A stretch of DNA of 59,614 nucleotides, taken from assembly GCA_039714435.1 (NCBI GenBank), contig JBDLJJ010000003.1, positions 1-59,614 on the forward strand, written 5' to 3'. The DNA is from Gemmatimonadota bacterium (lineage in GTDB: Bacteria; Gemmatimonadota; Gemmatimonadetes; Palauibacterales; Palauibacteraceae). The translations under genes and the position numbers were made by a program. Position 1 is the first letter of the stretch; every line of letters begins with the position of its first letter. Of the stretch, positions 18,618 to 28,962 are shown one piece after another. The notes below the pieces were generated by a model, which was not told the origin of the DNA, searched no databases, and was given only the letters and a program-made list of their open reading frames with translations.

Positions 18618-21600
18618 TCAGACGGTAGCTACCGCCCCCTGTTTGCGGCCGTCGAGAGTCCATTCGAGTTGTCCGCCCTCCGAGCGAAAGACTCGAATCT
18701 CGGCGGTGAGGGCGGGCGTGTGCATACGAATTTCGTATCCGGGCCAGTCGTCCGGGATGCGTGGATTGACTGAAAGGGTTTGGCCTTGCCTCTGGAGCCC
18801 CAGGATCTGCTCCACACCGAAGCGATAGAACCAGCCGGCAGCTCCCGTATACCAGGTCCAGCCGCCTCGCCCGACATACGGTGGCGCCCCGTAAACGTCT
18901 CCCGGCACGACGTACGGCTCTACTCGGTATTCCCTCGCGGCAGCCTCAGACGTGACCCGAAGAACGGGGTTGAGCATGCGAAACACGCCCACCGCCCGGG
19001 ACGACTGCCCGAGAAGGCCGAAGGCCCAGCCCGCCCAAACTGCGGCGTGGGTATACTGACCGCCGTTCTCCCGAACTCCGGGCGGATAGGCCTTGATATA
19101 GCCGGGATCGCGACTGGTCCGGTCGAAAGGAGGATGAAGGAGGAGTACGAGCGACTTCTCCGGGCGAAAGAGTAGCTGCGCGACCGATTCCATAGCGCGG
19201 TTCTGCCGCTCCGTTTCGGCCCCTCCCGCGAGCACGGCCCAGGCCTGGCTGATGAGGTCAATTTTGCCCTCGCGACTCGACGAAGATCCCAGCGGCGTCC
19301 CGTCCCCATAGTAGGCGCGCCGGTACCAGTCACCGTCCCAGGAAGTCTCCTCGATCCGGTCGATCAGCTCCGCGGCGCGGTCCTGGAAGACAGCGGACTG
19401 CTCAGAATCGCCCTGTAGGTCACACATCGTGGCAAACTCGCGTAGCGTAGCTGCCAAAAACCATCCCAGCCAAACGCTCTCTCCGTCGCCGGCGGCGCCT
19501 ACCCGATCCAGTCCGTCGTTCCAATCACCTGAACCGATCAGCGGCAGACCATGAGAACCGTGTGTGTCGGCCTTCCGGAGGGCCCTCAGGCAGTGCTCGT
19601 ACAACGTCTCCGGCGAGGATGATGCCACGTAACGGCCGTAACGATCTCCTTCAGAATCCCGCAGCGGCTCCGCTTCGATAAATCCCGCCAACTCGTCGAG
19701 AATCGCGGCGTCTCCGGTCCGCTGCACGTAGGTGGCCGTTGCGTACGGAAGCCAGACCAGGTCATCGCTGCATCGGGTCCGGACCCCGACCTCAGTTTCA
19801 GGATGCCACCAGTGAAGTACGTCGCCTTGCGAAAACTGGTGGCGAGCGGCAGCCAGTATATGCTCTCGTGCGTGGGAGGGTGCCAGATCAAGCAGGCTCA
19901 GGACGTCCTGGAGTTGATCGCGAAAACCGAACGCCCCCGACGATTGATAATAGCCGGTTCGACCCCAGAGCCGAGAGTTGATCACCTGGTAAGGCAGCCA
20001 GCGGTTCAGCATGATGTCCATAGCCGGTTCCGGCGTACTGACAGTGACCGAGCCGAGTAGCCGATCCCAGTACCGCTTGATACCATTCCGGGTGGACCGA
20101 ATCATGGAAGGGCGACTGAAGCGCCGGGCCAGTTGGATCGCGGCGGACCGCGTCTCGGCTTGCCCAAGAACAAAATGGAGCGATCGGCTCGCGCCAGCCG
20201 GTAGGTCGATGTGCACCTGATAGGCGGCGCACACATCCCCGTCCGGCTGAATTCTCCCCGACAGTCCGATCCTGAACAGGCTGCCTGGCTTCGCGAAGTC
20301 GCCCTCTGCGCCGAGGAATTCCTTTCGGTCCGTCGTTACTCCGTGCGCCGGTTCGCTGGATGTGAGGAAGGCATATCGCTCACTCCACGCCAGTGAGTAG
20401 GGATTCCTTACGAGCAGAGTCTGGGTGCTTCCGTCGAATTCAGGCAACAGGTGCCGCGAGGAGTTAGCACGCGAAGAACCGAGAACCAACTCGGCGAAAT
20501 AAGTGATGGTGAAACGCCGAGGTCTACGCCACTGATTGGTAAGAGTGAGTTCCACGATTTTCGCCGAATCCTCCAGAGCGCAGAAGATCCGCATTCGCTG
20601 CTCGAGCCCGTGGCTGTTTTGGCGGAACGTCGCGTAGCCTGCGCCGTATCGCACCTCTCTAGGCACATCAGGGCCAGCGGGTCTCTGGGTCGCCGACCAG
20701 ACTTGGCCCGTTTCTTCATCCCGCAGATATACGGCCTCCGATACCTCGTCCAGGACAGGATCATTACGCCACGCCGTCAGCCGGTTCTCGGAGCTGTTAG
20801 TCGCCCATGTGTAGCCGCCGCCACCCTCGGTTACCAGGCACCCAAACTCGGGATTCGCCAGCACGTGGGCCCACGGCGCCGGCGTCGTCTGACCCGGGTC
20901 CAGCCGAATCACGTACTCCTCTCCGCCGGAAGCAAAGCCTCCGAGACCACAATCGAACTCCAGCGCTTCTTCCCGATCTAAGGGCACCGTCGGCTCTGGC
21001 GCGAGCGGAGACGACGGTACCGGAACGAAGGCTGGCAGCCCGGCCGGAGTTTCTTCCAGTCGCGTCAGCTGATCGGCTAGCGTGCCACCCGTGGCGTCGA
21101 GAAACACGGAGGCGGCCGACTCGATGAAGGCCAGATCATCAGGCTGGACCTGCTCAGCGGTCACGATATGAATGCCGCCGGGGGAGGCCAGCCAATCGAT
21201 GCTTCCGCTCTCTGCCAAAGCAGCCCGCAGCGCATCCCGGGCTGGCTGTGCGTACCCGCTGGAGGCCAGGTCCTCGAGCACGAGATCGATGGCCACACCT
21301 TTCTGTCGCCAGTACGCGTGTGCTCTCAGAAGTGTCCGGGCCATCTCCAATTCCTCGGGATGCCCGAGCCGGAGTACAAGCAGCGGGAGGTCACCAGAGA
21401 TCCCAAATCGCCACAGCTCCGCTTGTGGTGCCGCGCTCACTGAACGCACATCTGCCGGAGCCCGTAGTCCGTGCCCTCCCTGGATGAGCGCCGACAGGAG
21501 ACGCTGGAAATCCTGGTGTTCCGAGGGATGTAGACCGAGCGCGGCGAGCTCTTCCTCAGCCATTTGTCGCGCACTCTCAAAGGCCCACGCACACCTCGTC

Positions 21601-24600
21601 AGCGATCGGTACTCTTCGATTCGCGCCAAGACATCCTCCTCGTTCCTACCGACCGCCGTGAGGCAGGCGAATTCGGTAGTCGCGTACGGGGGCAACCTGA
21701 ACTCGGCGCTCAGGGCCACGATGGGATCGAGGGGAGCTCCTCGCTTGCCGGACAGCTCAGCCTTTCCCCGGGCAAGGGCTTCAGGCCGAGCGCTGCTTCC
21801 GCTTCGGCCGAGAAACACCTCCCGACTCAATTCCCATGTAGAGGAGAGTCCGTCACCGTCATCGCCGACCAGGGCCTGGGCGAGATACGCACTCGGTTCT
21901 TCGGGCGACTTAGGTCGTCGCCTGTACACAACACATCCGGGGTTCCGCCGGTATTCTCCCTCCAGGAACAGCTTCGAGTACGCCGGGTGACGAAGGTCTT
22001 CGTCCCCCGATCCAAGCACGATTTCGGCATAGCTGACAGCCGCCAGCCGGCGAGTTTTGTCACTTTCGTTAGTGATCGTGAGACGGCGGATCTCCACGTC
22101 CGCATCAGGCGGAATCGTGATTCGCAGGTGAGAGGAGATCTGATGGTCCCGCCGGTTGAGCGCCGCCATATGGGGCCAGTACTCCGCGCTGACATCCCCC
22201 TCGGAGCTGCCGGTCGGCGCACGTCCCGCGGACCACAGGGCTCCAGAGTCCAGGTCGAGGAGGTACAGCCACTGGCCCTGGCACTCGCGAACCGCGTCAG
22301 GTTGCCAGCGGGTTATGGCCATGTCTTCCCACCAGCTTCCTCCCCCACCGCCGTCCGAGAGAGTGACGCGGTATCGTCCATTGGACAGGGTATGGAGACT
22401 CGCCATCGGTCCGCCCGGAGATGGACTCCACGACTCGAGCGCCACCACCCGCGACGGGCCCTTTGGAAGCGCGCCCTCCCTGGCCGCCCAGTCTGGTCGC
22501 ACCGGCACCCGCCACGGGAGGCCCTCGTGAAGGAGATACTCGACCGCTGCCATCCGAGGATCGGTGTGAAACCTGCGAATGAGAACGTCATCGTGAAGAA
22601 GGTTGTCCAGCGCGGCCAGGATCATCCCCTGATGGTGCGCCATATAGGCACGAATCACGGTCGGAGACGAGGTAGATTCGCCCTGTGAGCCAAAGTCCAG
22701 GGATTCATACATTCCCCAGCGTCCCTTCGCGCCCAGGTGGACGAGTCCCTCCACGTTTCGGGATGCTTTCAAAGGTGCGTACGGAAGCGCCAGAAAGCTG
22801 GCGTAAGGGGCTACGACCCGGCGCTCTCCCAGACCGCGTCGTAGGCCGAGACCAGGCACGCCGAAGGCGCGATACTGATATGAGTCGCCGTCGCCGCGGT
22901 GTCCGTACGCAGACTCCGAGGCCCCCCATGGAATACCATGGCGGCGTCCGAAGTTCATATGTTCGCGCACCGCCTGCCTGGAACTGTGCGCGAGCAGCGA
23001 GGTCGGCGGGGACCGCATGAAGACTGCCGGCAGAAGGTACTCGAACATCGTGGCGCTCCAGGAAAGCAGTACGGGCGATCGGCCCACAAGTCCGAAAGCG
23101 CGGCCTAACTGAAGCCAGTGAGACGACGGGAGATCTCCTTTCGCGATGCCGACGTAACTCGCCAGGCGCGCCTCTGACGCCAACAGATCGTAGTAATGGG
23201 GATCGAGCTCCTCCGCAGTCACCTGATATCCGATGTGAAGCAGCCGTCGAGACCGGTCATACAGAAAACCGAAATCCATCTCTTCGATCTGCACTGTGCA
23301 CCGATCAGTCAGTTCATCCAGACTGTCGAGCAGTCGCTTCGACTCCGCAATCGATCGAGCCAGTTCGGAGCGCAGTCCTTCGCACCACGTGACGATACAC
23401 TGCACCGAGTCCGCGTCGAAGGCGCCCGCCCGGACAACGTCCTCAAGGCGCGTCGCGTGCTCCTGGGCCTTCGACGCCATTGAGGGCACGTCGAGTGGCG
23501 AAACCGACCTCAAGAGCACCGTTCGCAGATCCGACCAGATCCGCTCCACCCGGGCCGATTCGTAGCTCCGCAAGGACGCGCCGCCGGCAAAAAGACTCGG
23601 GGGCGCAGCCAGGGATGCTGTCCAAGGATCCAGAGCGCTGCGTTCCGCGTCCCACAGATCGAGCTGGCGGTGGAGTTGGGAGAGCCAGTCACGCAGCTCG
23701 TGGATCGCCGCCCTGTTCATACTTGAATGCTCTGCGAGAGAGACTGCGCTCTCATCGATGGCGGGTAGCAGGCGCTCTCGTAGTTCCAGGTGCAGCGACA
23801 CAAATTCCAGCGCATCTGATCCGGCCAGCTGACACGCCCCGTCCAGATCTATCAAGAGGTCGTGTAGCCTTCGGGCGGCGTCCGTATGAGCGGCGGGGCC
23901 AGACTCGACAAAACGGGAGAAGGTCTGCGCAACATCCATGACTCCCCGGGAATCGACCGGACGAATCACCGGTACTCTGGCGGCGTCGAGCAGAGTTCTG
24001 CGCAGAACCACGAGAGCGGCGGCGTAGTTGCCGCTGTCCACGGACGAGACGTAGCGCGGTTCGAGCGGGCGTAAGTCCTCGGTACTATACCAATTGAGCA
24101 GATGCCCCCGGTACGATTCGAGTTGATCCACGCTGTCGAGCACGTTGCGGACCCTCGATTCCAGCGACAGCAAACCCACGTAGCCCATGTCATACGCGGC
24201 CACCAGCGAAGTCAACAGCATGCCGATATTCGTCGGCGAGGTGCGGCGCGCGAGAGCAGGCTCCCGGTCCTCCTGCCAGTTGTCAGGCGGAAGGAAGTGA
24301 TCCTCGGCCGTCACGAATTGGTCGAAGAACAGCCATGTCCGTAAGGCAATCTCCCGCAGCAGCCACTCGGCCTGGGCGGGAATCTCTCGACGCCGGCTGG
24401 GAATCGGGCGGCTGAGAAGGAATGCCACCGCTGGCGACGCCGTCCACGCTCCGAAAAAGGCCAGACTCACGCCAGGCAAGTTGCCAAGTACCGACCACAA
24501 CCAGAAGGCTCCGCCTACACCTACGAGAGGCGCCACGATCATGCGCCTCCAATGTCCGAACAAGCCCCCGTGGGCCCGGAGCGCTCGGCGCGACGCGGCC

Positions 24601-27200
24601 TCCGGCGTCCACTCCAGAAGGTGCCGCCGCGTGATCCACAAACGTGCCAGGGTTCGAAGAATGGCGTCCAGCGCGATCCATGCCTCGTACGGAAGAAACA
24701 CCCCGGCCAGAACCCACCGGCCGAGGTTTGCGGCGAGCCCGGTCCGGCCGTGGGAGGTATGCTTGCGGCCGCCCTCGCTCCTGTCGTCGGAGCGGGCAAC
24801 GTGGATGAACCGGCGAGTCGCCGTGGCCGCCCCGAGAAGTGCAGGAAAGCCTAGAACGACCATAGCGCCTACGGCCCAGCGCCAGGGAGGGCCAAGACCA
24901 AGGAACCACCCGAAGAGAAGCATGGCCATCAGGGATGGAGCCAGCAAGCTGCGACGGAGGTTGTCCCAAATCTGCCACCTGGAGATCGGTCGCAGCTGAT
25001 TCCGAATGCGAGGCCCCGCGGCCGACGGCACCCGGGGCATGAGCCAGGGAAGAAGCTGCCAGTCGCCTCGTACCCAGCGATGCAGACGACGCATGTATGC
25101 CAGTGGCTGATCCGGGAAGTCCTCCAGCAGAATCACGTCGCCCAGAAAACCGCAACGTCCGTGGGCGCCCTCGAACAGGTCGTGACTGAGCAGGCGGTTG
25201 TCGGGCACGCGTCCGGCCAGGCTCGCCTCGAACGCCCGCACGTGGAAGATCCCCTTCCCCGCGTAGATGCCCTCCGCGAACACGTCCTGGTAAACATCCG
25301 AGATCGCGTGTGTGTAGAGGTCGAGGCCGGAAGGAACTCTCCCCAGCCACGCGAACAGAGTCGGCCGACCTGGATCCAGAATCGTCTCCAGCCGCGGCTG
25401 AAGAACCGTGTAGCCGGCCACTACGCGATCCTCTTCAGTCAGCACGGGCTCGTTGAGCGGGTGAGCCATGGCCCCGATCATTCGCTCCACGGAGCCCCGT
25501 GGAAGACCCGTATCGCGGTCGAGGGTGATCACGTATTTCGTGGCCTCCAGGCCGGTGCGGGATCCTGCCATCAGAACCAGGCCCCCATCATCCACTCCCA
25601 TGAGCAGGCGGCTCAGTTCTATCAGCTTGCCCCTCTTACGCTCCCATCCCATCCAGCGCCCCTCGTGCTGATTCCACTGACGCTCCCTATGGAAGAGGAG
25701 AAACGGAGGCTCGCCATCGGTCTGGTGGCGGCGGTTCAACAGAAGCACTCCCTGGCGTGCTCTTTCCAGGAGTTCGTCCTCTTCAGGCAGATGCTTGAAA
25801 TCCGCGTCCTGAAAATCGGTGAGGAGCGTGAAGCGCAGGCGGCGCAGGCCCGTGCTTTGATAGAGAACCTCCAGATGCTCCAGAAGCTGATCCAACTCGT
25901 GCGCGTCGCCGATGAGCACCGGCAGGGCGACCAGAGTGGTACAGTCTTCGGGCACTTCGTCGCGAATCCTCAGCTTCGGCAAGACTCGAGCTGGTACCGA
26001 GTGTGAGACGATCCAGTTGAGCAAGCTTCCGGCCACCGTCAGGCCGGGGACCACGCCGCTGGCCAGCACCATGATCCGTGCACTCAGCGGCACGCCAGGC
26101 ACGCCGACAAGGAGCCACAGAGCTGCCGCGATGAGAAGCGTTAGTGTGACCACGACGCCTGTGTACAACGGGAATGCATGGCGCCGAACCCATCTGCTCA
26201 CTCGCTTCCTGGTACGGGGTCGGCAGGCCACGTGGAGTTCGAGTTCAGTACGACCTTCGGCTATGAGATAGAAGCCGACGTGTCCGCTTCTGGACTCTGT
26301 CTTGGTATCCCTACGGCTGAGCAGGACTACCGCTCCCGCGACTCCCTCCTCGCTCCACCCGGAATCGACTGCGACCTCGGCCAACACCTGCCTGTAACGA
26401 TCACGAGTAGCAAAATCCATACGCTCATAGATGCTACTGGGATCTTCACGAAGTGTTTTCTCGACCAGGCTGGTCGCGTCGAAGAACTCTCGCCAGTTCA
26501 TTCCGCCAATAAGCCGCAGACTCCCGATACAATTGGCAAGGGTCATCCAGGATGGTTGGCTCCTGGGCGGCCAATCCGGGATAGCGGTCATCGTCTCGAT
26601 CTCTAGCGCCCGTTCGGCCCCGGAGACGAGAGTCTCCAGCAGGGCGAGCTGGAGAGCTGCCGGCAGTGTCCATAGCTCGACCATTCTGAGCGGAGCGATG
26701 CTCTGATAGGCGTTGACGAAACCGACCAGAGCATCGGCATCCAGCTGCTGAGAAAGGTACTGAAGGACGCCGGCGCCAACGGCTTGCACGCGAGCCTCGG
26801 AACCTCCACCCGCACTCTCTAACCGCGGGAGTTGGCGAGAAAGGTCTCGGGCTCCCGCATCCTGTACGTCCCGCAGGGCGGATTGGATCACGTGTTCGTT
26901 GTCGAGGAGCCACTCGGCCGCGCGTGGCGCGCGTACCTCCGCCTCGGAGGTTTCTCTGAATCGGCGATAGACGACTTCGAGGCGGGGACGAAGGCTTCGT
27001 AGCCTTAGTGCGAAGCTGGGGCGGCGGCCGCGCCCGGAAGTTGTCTTGTGACGCTGGGCGAGTTCGCGGGCTATGCGCTCAAGCGCACCTCCCTCTCGGA
27101 CCTCACCCACCGGCACCGTTGTGCATAAGCTGGACTGGCCCGTGCAACTCCGCACAAGAGGGCACCTCACTTGGCACCCGCGCGCGAACCTGGGAGGCAT
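18618..27200 (-). CDS. ndvB: Cyclic beta-1,2-glucan synthase (GT84 + glucoamylase-like + GH94 phosphorylase), Cgs/NdvB family
   Basis: About 2.8 kaa; WMGWERKRGKL, LLSHDLFEG, RLHRWVRGDWQL, RTSPTNIG, YDLLASEARL, YQSSGAFGFRDQLQD, GDWNDG, RENGGQYTH. The true start is likely the GTG near 27110, overlapping the usp end. Confidence 0.94.
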   Translation of the reverse strand: MPPRFARGCQVRCPLVRSCTGQSSLCTTVPVGEVREGGALERIARELAQRHKTTSGRGRRPSFALRLRSLRPRLEVVYRRFRETSEAEVRAPRAAEWLLDNEHVIQSALRDVQDAGARDLSRQLPRLESAGGGSEARVQAVGAGVLQYLSQQLDADALVGFVNAYQSIAPLRMVELWTLPAALQLALLETLVSGAERALEIETMTAIPDWPPRSQPSWMTLANCIGSLRLIGGMNWREFFDATSLVEKTLREDPSSIYERMDFATRDRYRQVLAEVAVDSGWSEEGVAGAVVLLSRRDTKTESRSGHVGFYLIAEGRTELELHVACRPRTRKRVSRWVRRHAFPLYTGVVVTLTLLIAAALWLLVGVPGVPLSARIMVLASGVVPGLTVAGSLLNWIVSHSVPARVLPKLRIRDEVPEDCTTLVALPVLIGDAHELDQLLEHLEVLYQSTGLRRLRFTLLTDFQDADFKHLPEEDELLERARQGVLLLNRRHQTDGEPPFLLFHRERQWNQHEGRWMGWERKRGKLIELSRLLMGVDDGGLVLMAGSRTGLEATKYVITLDRDTGLPRGSVERMIGAMAHPLNEPVLTEEDRVVAGYTVLQPRLETILDPGRPTLFAWLGRVPSGLDLYTHAISDVYQDVFAEGIYAGKGIFHVRAFEASLAGRVPDNRLLSHDLFEGAHGRCGFLGDVILLEDFPDQPLAYMRRLHRWVRGDWQLLPWLMPRVPSAAGPRIRNQLRPISRWQIWDNLRRSLLAPSLMAMLLFGWFLGLGPPWRWAVGAMVVLGFPALLGAATATRRFIHVARSDDRSEGGRKHTSHGRTGLAANLGRWVLAGVFLPYEAWIALDAILRTLARLWITRRHLLEWTPEAASRRALRAHGGLFGHWRRMIVAPLVGVGGAFWLWSVLGNLPGVSLAFFGAWTASPAVAFLLSRPIPSRRREIPAQAEWLLREIALRTWLFFDQFVTAEDHFLPPDNWQEDREPALARRTSPTNIGMLLTSLVAAYDMGYVGLLSLESRVRNVLDSVDQLESYRGHLLNWYSTEDLRPLEPRYVSSVDSGNYAAALVVLRRTLLDAARVPVIRPVDSRGVMDVAQTFSRFVESGPAAHTDAARRLHDLLIDLDGACQLAGSDALEFVSLHLELRERLLPAIDESAVSLAEHSSMNRAAIHELRDWLSQLHRQLDLWDAERSALDPWTASLAAPPSLFAGGASLRSYESARVERIWSDLRTVLLRSVSPLDVPSMASKAQEHATRLEDVVRAGAFDADSVQCIVTWCEGLRSELARSIAESKRLLDSLDELTDRCTVQIEEMDFGFLYDRSRRLLHIGYQVTAEELDPHYYDLLASEARLASYVGIAKGDLPSSHWLQLGRAFGLVGRSPVLLSWSATMFEYLLPAVFMRSPPTSLLAHSSRQAVREHMNFGRRHGIPWGASESAYGHRGDGDSYQYRAFGVPGLGLRRGLGERRVVAPYASFLALPYAPLKASRNVEGLVHLGAKGRWGMYESLDFGSQGESTSSPTVIRAYMAHHQGMILAALDNLLHDDVLIRRFHTDPRMAAVEYLLHEGLPWRVPVRPDWAAREGALPKGPSRVVALESWSPSPGGPMASLHTLSNGRYRVTLSDGGGGGSWWEDMAITRWQPDAVRECQGQWLYLLDLDSGALWSAGRAPTGSSEGDVSAEYWPHMAALNRRDHQISSHLRITIPPDADVEIRRLTITNESDKTRRLAAVSYAEIVLGSGDEDLRHPAYSKLFLEGEYRRNPGCVVYRRRPKSPEEPSAYLAQALVGDDGDGLSSTWELSREVFLGRSGSSARPEALARGKAELSGKRGAPLDPIVALSAEFRLPPYATTEFACLTAVGRNEEDVLARIEEYRSLTRCAWAFESARQMAEEELAALGLHPSEHQDFQRLLSALIQGGHGLRAPADVRSVSAAPQAELWRFGISGDLPLLVLRLGHPEELEMARTLLRAHAYWRQKGVAIDLVLEDLASSGYAQPARDALRAALAESGSIDWLASPGGIHIVTAEQVQPDDLAFIESAASVFLDATGGTLADQLTRLEETPAGLPAFVPVPSSPLAPEPTVPLDREEALEFDCGLGGFASGGEEYVIRLDPGQTTPAPWAHVLANPEFGCLVTEGGGGYTWATNSSENRLTAWRNDPVLDEVSEAVYLRDEETGQVWSATQRPAGPDVPREVRYGAGYATFRQNSHGLEQRMRIFCALEDSAKIVELTLTNQWRRPRRFTITYFAELVLGSSRANSSRHLLPEFDGSTQTLLVRNPYSLAWSERYAFLTSSEPAHGVTTDRKEFLGAEGDFAKPGSLFRIGLSGRIQPDGDVCAAYQVHIDLPAGASRSLHFVLGQAETRSAAIQLARRFSRPSMIRSTRNGIKRYWDRLLGSVTVSTPEPAMDIMLNRWLPYQVINSRLWGRTGYYQSSGAFGFRDQLQDVLSLLDLAPSHAREHILAAARHQFSQGDVLHWWHPETEVGVRTRCSDDLVWLPYATATYVQRTGDAAILDELAGFIEAEPLRDSEGDRYGRYVASSSPETLYEHCLRALRKADTHGSHGLPLIGSGDWNDGLDRVGAAGDGESVWLGWFLAATLREFATMCDLQGDSEQSAVFQDRAAELIDRIEETSWDGDWYRRAYYGDGTPLGSSSSREGKIDLISQAWAVLAGGAETERQNRAMESVAQLLFRPEKSLVLLLHPPFDRTSRDPGYIKAYPPGVRENGGQYTHAAVWAGWAFGLLGQSSRAVGVFRMLNPVLRVTSEAAAREYRVEPYVVPGDVYGAPPYVGRGGWTWYTGAAGWFYRFGVEQILGLQRQGQTLSVNPRIPDDWPGYEIRMHTPALTAEIRVFRSEGGQLEWTLDGRKQGAVATV

Positions 27201-28116
27201 CCTGGAATACTAATAGCGGTTTTCGACCGTATGTAATCAGGTTGGTAGCCACGGAGCCGTACTCCCACTCGGAGTCGCCCGAAGCTCCGTGGGCGCTTGC
27301 CACGATCAGGTCTACGTCCTCCTCTTCCGCCACCTTGTGAAGGATCTTCGGAACGTTATCGGTGACCACAAGCCGGGTGCGGACTCGGAGGCGCTCACCT
27401 TCCAGTTTTCGCTTCATGTCGTCCAGGTATCGGCGCGCCGCTCGCCGGTTGGCCCGGACTAGTCTTCTACGCGCTTCTGCCTCGTGCTCAGCGGGTGGCA
27501 AGCGTCGCGGCATGTCTGGGATCTCGACCGCAAAGACAATCAGGAGGTCTGCCTGGAGCTCCCGCGCGATGCTGCCGGCGAGGCATAGCGCCCAGTCCGC
27601 TAGAGGCGACCCGTCGACCGGAACCATGATCCGTCGGTATGGATCATCAAACTCCAGCGCTAAGCCGCTTGCTGCTCGGACGAGTAGTATCGACGTGTCA
27701 CCACCACTGACGACTTTTTGTGCCACGGCTCCGAGACGCAGCGCGCTCCCACCCTCACCCTTGTCGCTTACTACAATCAGATCGATACTCTCACGCCTCG
27801 CGAAGTCACGAATCTGTTCCGCGGGCCGGCCTTCCAGAACGACAACATCTACCGGCAGATTCCTGGCCTGAAGAGCGGCCGCTTTCTCCTCCAGGTAGCA
27901 GGCAGCCTCCGCGCGACGAAGCCGAAGATCTACGTTGATAGGATCCGGTGTTCCAGACTCGGAGTGGACCACATTCAAGAAAATCGTCTCTGCCTCGTGA
28001 GCCGACGCGATCGCGGCCACGTGAGGAAGCACGCACTCCGCCAGGGTGGATCCGTCTAGTGGAACCAGAATACGTTGAATCAAAGATCCTCCTCCTGGTT
28101 CTGACGATGAATTCAC
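27103..28116 (-). CDS. Universal stress protein, tandem Usp domains
   Basis: ILVPLDGS.LAE, IMVPVDGS, DLIV.SAHG...GSVA. Confidence 0.92.
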   Translation of the reverse strand: MNSSSEPGGGSLIQRILVPLDGSTLAECVLPHVAAIASAHEAETIFLNVVHSESGTPDPINVDLRLRRAEAACYLEEKAAALQARNLPVDVVVLEGRPAEQIRDFARRESIDLIVVSDKGEGGSALRLGAVAQKVVSGGDTSILLVRAASGLALEFDDPYRRIMVPVDGSPLADWALCLAGSIARELQADLLIVFAVEIPDMPRRLPPAEHEAEARRRLVRANRRAARRYLDDMKRKLEGERLRVRTRLVVTDNVPKILHKVAEEEDVDLIVASAHGASGDSEWEYGSVATNLITYGRKPLLVFQDASQVRARVPSEVPSCAELHGPVQLMHNGAGG

Positions 28117-28253
28117 GCTGCTTCACCAGGCCGTCCGCAGGCGCTGCACTACATTACTACATTGCGCCTGGATGCCAACTACGCAAATGCCTGGCGAAGC
28201 AGACGTGAATCCTTAGCTAAGCCCTAATTCGCCGGCTTATACTGCAGCCTCGC

Positions 28254-28727
28254 CTACTTGGCTGCCTTGATCGCGATGCGGCGTCCCTTCGCCTCCGCCG
28301 TCTTGGGCATGTGAACGGTCAGGATACCGTTATCGAACTCGGCCTTGATCGCGTCCACCTTGACGGTGCTGGGCAGCGAGAACGTTCTCGAGAACTCGCC
28401 GAAGCGACGCTCCCAGATCCGCATGCGCCGATCTCCCTTGACCTCTTCCTTCTCGTACTCGTCCTTCTTGTTCCCGTGCAGAGTGAGGATGTTGCCTTCG
28501 ACTTCGATGTCGACATCCTCGTCCGTCATCCCCGGCAACTCCGCCGTGAGGAACAACTCATCATCCGTCTCCTCGACATCGACGATTGGCGCCCATGCCA
28601 GAGGAAGCGGGTCCGCGAAAGTGGGCTCGAACATGGATCGAATACGATCCTCCAGGTTGCCGAAGTCGCGCCATGGCGACACCGGAACGTTCCGGGAAGC
28701 CCATCGAGTTGGAACCAGGCTTACCAT
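28254..28727 (-). CDS. Hsp20/alpha-crystallin small heat shock protein
   Basis: ATG at 28727 after GGAGG; AELPGM...ERRFGEFSRTFSLP...AEFDNGILTV.MPK. Confidence 0.95.
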   Translation of the reverse strand: MVSLVPTRWASRNVPVSPWRDFGNLEDRIRSMFEPTFADPLPLAWAPIVDVEETDDELFLTAELPGMTDEDVDIEVEGNILTLHGNKKDEYEKEEVKGDRRMRIWERRFGEFSRTFSLPSTVKVDAIKAEFDNGILTVHMPKTAEAKGRRIAIKAAK

Positions 28728-28803
28728 GATATCCTCCAGTCTGAGGGGTGTGATGTGGACCTTGGGTGGTCCATTCAGCGGATGGGCCGCCAATTTTTTC
28801 TTA

Positions 28804-28819
28804 TGCGGGTTTCGTACCT
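28804..28819 (-). promoter_or_regulatory. Putative sigma54 promoter of hsp20
   Basis: Minus strand AGGTACGAAACCCGCA (GG-N10-GC). Confidence 0.6.
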
Positions 28820-28902
28820 CCGGGGCGCCAACCAGCGACAGATGGATGTGCCGTTCTGGCCGCGATTTGCGAGGCAGCGTAGTGGAGGCTCGCCCAGGGT
28901 GT

Positions 28903-28917
28903 GAGTCAGGCTGTCCC
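28903..28917. promoter_or_regulatory. Degenerate GGGAC-N5-GTCCC UAS
   Basis: GAGTCAGGCTGTCCC (minus strand GGGACAGCCTGACTC), about 85 bp upstream of the hsp20 -24 element. Confidence 0.5.
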
Positions 28918-28962
28918 AGTGGGGCCTTTTGGCCTGGGGAAGAGCGCCCCGGACTGACGGGA

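Noticed and set aside
28163-28177. TGGCATCCAGGCGCA (minus) as a sigma54 promoter for usp-cgs
   Set aside because: The GG-to-GC spacing is 9 nt, not the required 10.
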